Source of the DNA: Sulfolobus acidocaldarius DSM 639
GTDB lineage: Archaea; Thermoproteota; Thermoprotei_A; Sulfolobales; Sulfolobaceae
DNA length: 32,000 nt
NCBI RefSeq assembly: GCF_000012285.1
Contig: NC_007181.1
Coordinates: 2,130,001 to 2,162,000, forward strand
Direction of reading: 5' to 3'
Of the stretch, positions 30,215 through 32,000 are shown in pieces (within the stretch, counting starts at the first letter, position 1; the number at the start of each line of letters is the position of its first letter). Both the position numbers and the translations under genes were made by a program. Under the pieces are notes generated by a model. The model saw only the letters and a program-made list of their open reading frames with translations. It was not told the origin of the DNA and made no database searches.

Positions 30215-31798
30215 TCATCCATTTACTAATAACTCATCGAATAGACTCTGAATTAGTTTGGGCTCAACCACACTCTTTAGGGCTATCTTTAGATACTTTA
30301 CAAATTCGTCACTTCCAGCTATCTCCCTGTTCTCATATGAAGCGTTCTTGCCGATTAGTTTAACTAGATTATCTATCTTTTCCTCATCCAATGTTTTCTC
30401 GCTCATCTCATAAACCTTACTTACAATCGTCTTGAGGAACATGGGATCTAATGACTTTATCCACGTCTCATATTCCTTCAATGATTGTCTAAAATTCTCT
30501 ATAAACTTCTTCCTTATTATGGGGCTAACTAGTTTAACAAAGTAGTCTGGATTCCCTGTCTTTAATGCAGAAAGATTGCTAGCTATTTCTTTAGCTGAAT
30601 TCAAAGACGCAGTATTTATTGAGTTCAGAACCTCATCCACTAATATCTTATCTAGATTTCCTATGTTTACTTCAATGACTTTCCTAGTATAGACAGAGAG
30701 AACTCCCAATTTGTATGTTATAAATGGACAGACTGATTTAGCCTCTCCTTCTTTCTGGGTGGTTTTGTGGGTTATTTGGTAATCAACATCAACTCCTATT
30801 TTCTTAGCCCAAGTACATCCATAAACCTTGTCCCTAACATAGGGCTTTATGACATCATATCCGAAGAAACCTTTTTTACCTCCAAACCTTGTATAAACGT
30901 AAAAACCTTCTGGGCATAGGAAGTAAATTCCCTCAGCACTGTTATTTTCAAGCAATTTTTCAATATATGCCACATCATTGCGTGCACCACTCAAATCACC
31001 AGATATGTACTTATTGAATCCACAACATACATTGTCAACAATCTTGACCCTTGGGGAGACGTCAGTGAGATTATCACCATATTTATACAGATACTCAAGA
31101 AAACCCAAGACACCTATCTCATCGTAATTAGCCATACACCCAACAAATAATAGATAAAGTGGGTATACGTTGTATTTCTCCTCTAACAATTTCTCATATT
31201 CCTTAACTTTCTCAGAAACAGGAGCTACCTTAGGCATATCGTCAAAATCCGTTACGTAGGCAGGTATTCTAACATTGGACGGAACCCTTCTCCTTCTTAA
31301 TTTAGATATGGAAGTAGAAAGGTAATCCTTCAACTCGGATAACTTAGGTCCCTTGTAGTCTAAGTTGAACGTAACCCTTCTATTTTTAACTGTTATGTAT
31401 AGTTTCGCATACTCTCTTCCATCTATTATCATCAAATATATAAGAGTCCTGTTTTTGTAAAGCACATCTCCTATCATAGCAAAATACCTTGTAGATAACG
31501 TAAAGGAACCAAATCTGCTCTTAGCCTGTTCAAATAAGTTCTTAGGATCAGCAAGGAATGCGATAATGCTGTTATCACTATCTCCTTCCATTTGGATAGT
31601 TTTCTTGAATTTTAGGAAGCTATTTAGAGTCAATATAACGCCAGCAGCCAATAAACCTATACCAGCCCCTAACATTGTTGGTGCTATCAAGAAAAACCCT
31701 GGTCTTGAGCGGAAAGCTATAAAAAATACTATGAGGATAATACCTACAACTACAAATAAGTAATAATAATAGTTCCTTAACCTCATGAGAGCTGACAT
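30215..31798 (-). CDS. Membrane-anchored protein with an HdrB-like CCG cysteine-rich motif (uncharacterised)
   Basis: It has two N-terminal TM helices (YYYYLFVVVGIILIVFFIAF and FFLIAPTMLGAGIGLLAAGVILTL). The central segment LFVGC-x36-CCG-x34-C-P-E-G follows the CCG-domain spacing (C-x31-39-CC-x35-36-CxxC), except the last Cys is Gly. The C-terminal ~140 aa look helical and rich in K and E. Confidence 0.75.
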   Translation of the reverse strand: MSALMRLRNYYYYLFVVVGIILIVFFIAFRSRPGFFLIAPTMLGAGIGLLAAGVILTLNSFLKFKKTIQMEGDSDNSIIAFLADPKNLFEQAKSRFGSFTLSTRYFAMIGDVLYKNRTLIYLMIIDGREYAKLYITVKNRRVTFNLDYKGPKLSELKDYLSTSISKLRRRRVPSNVRIPAYVTDFDDMPKVAPVSEKVKEYEKLLEEKYNVYPLYLLFVGCMANYDEIGVLGFLEYLYKYGDNLTDVSPRVKIVDNVCCGFNKYISGDLSGARNDVAYIEKLLENNSAEGIYFLCPEGFYVYTRFGGKKGFFGYDVIKPYVRDKVYGCTWAKKIGVDVDYQITHKTTQKEGEAKSVCPFITYKLGVLSVYTRKVIEVNIGNLDKILVDEVLNSINTASLNSAKEIASNLSALKTGNPDYFVKLVSPIIRKKFIENFRQSLKEYETWIKSLDPMFLKTIVSKVYEMSEKTLDEEKIDNLVKLIGKNASYENREIAGSDEFVKYLKIALKSVVEPKLIQSLFDELLVNG

Positions 31799-31883
31799 AA
31801 TCCTCCCTTAAATTTAGTTGGAATATATGAGAACCAAAAATAAAAATATTTGCATCCTAACTAATGTTAAAAATAAGATTAGG

Positions 31884-32000
31884 TTATACTTTAGCAACAC
31901 TCATTCTTTGAACTTCCTTGATTGCTTCATCAGGTTTTATGGAGTATAATACTATATACTTCTTAACGAAGACATAGGCATCTGGTCTATCTAATATCTG
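31884..32000 (-). CDS. C-terminal end of an unidentified gene that starts beyond the right window edge
   Basis: The reverse-strand frame is open from the window edge to the TAA at 31886..31884. It translates as QILDRPDAYVFVKKYIVLYSIKPDEAIKEVQRMSVAKV. No family is recognised from 38 aa. Confidence 0.35.
   Translation of the reverse strand, partial: QILDRPDAYVFVKKYIVLYSIKPDEAIKEVQRMSVAKV

Overview
The window looks like a densely packed chromosomal segment from an AT-rich thermoacidophilic crenarchaeon (Sulfolobales-like). This call is an inference from several sequence traits, not a database match: TATA-like boxes about 24-30 nt upstream of start codons, many 1-13 nt start/stop overlaps, an intron-containing tRNA, a tricorn protease, and a two-subunit 2-oxoacid:ferredoxin oxidoreductase with the YPITP motif. 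No CRISPR array, IS element, transposase or integrase was recognised. Positions 1-15.9 kb form an aromatic/acyl-CoA catabolic neighbourhood. It holds two enoyl-CoA hydratases, a ferredoxin-reductase-like flavoprotein and an SCP-x-type thiolase. It also holds a minus-strand operon of an R2-fold diiron protein, a DUF35 protein, a PaaK-like ligase and a PaaI-like thioesterase, and a translationally coupled operon of an extradiol dioxygenase, HpaB and an FAH-family enzyme. The rest of the neighbourhood is an HTH_10 regulator, a pirin, an AMP-forming acyl-CoA synthetase, a pterin-4a-carbinolamine dehydratase and an OYE/Fe-S flavoprotein. Positions 16-32 kb carry tricorn protease, two convergent ABC-2 exporter pairs, OFOR alpha/beta, several small uncharacterised proteins, an RmlD-like protein, an RsmB/NOP2-type m5C methyltransferase and an HxlR-type regulator. 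They also carry an orphan pre-pilin-like protein, tRNA-Gly(UCC) with a 15-nt intron, and a membrane-anchored protein with an HdrB-like CCG cysteine motif. The most interesting leads are: (i) the diiron/DUF35/PaaK/PaaI operon as a possible non-canonical aryl-CoA oxygenation route; (ii) a two-copy ~60-nt conserved intergenic element with compensatory stem substitutions; (iii) the membrane CCG-motif protein; (iv) a 52-codon zinc-ribbon ORF absent from the ORF track. All functional calls rest on motifs read by eye from the translations. No searches were run.
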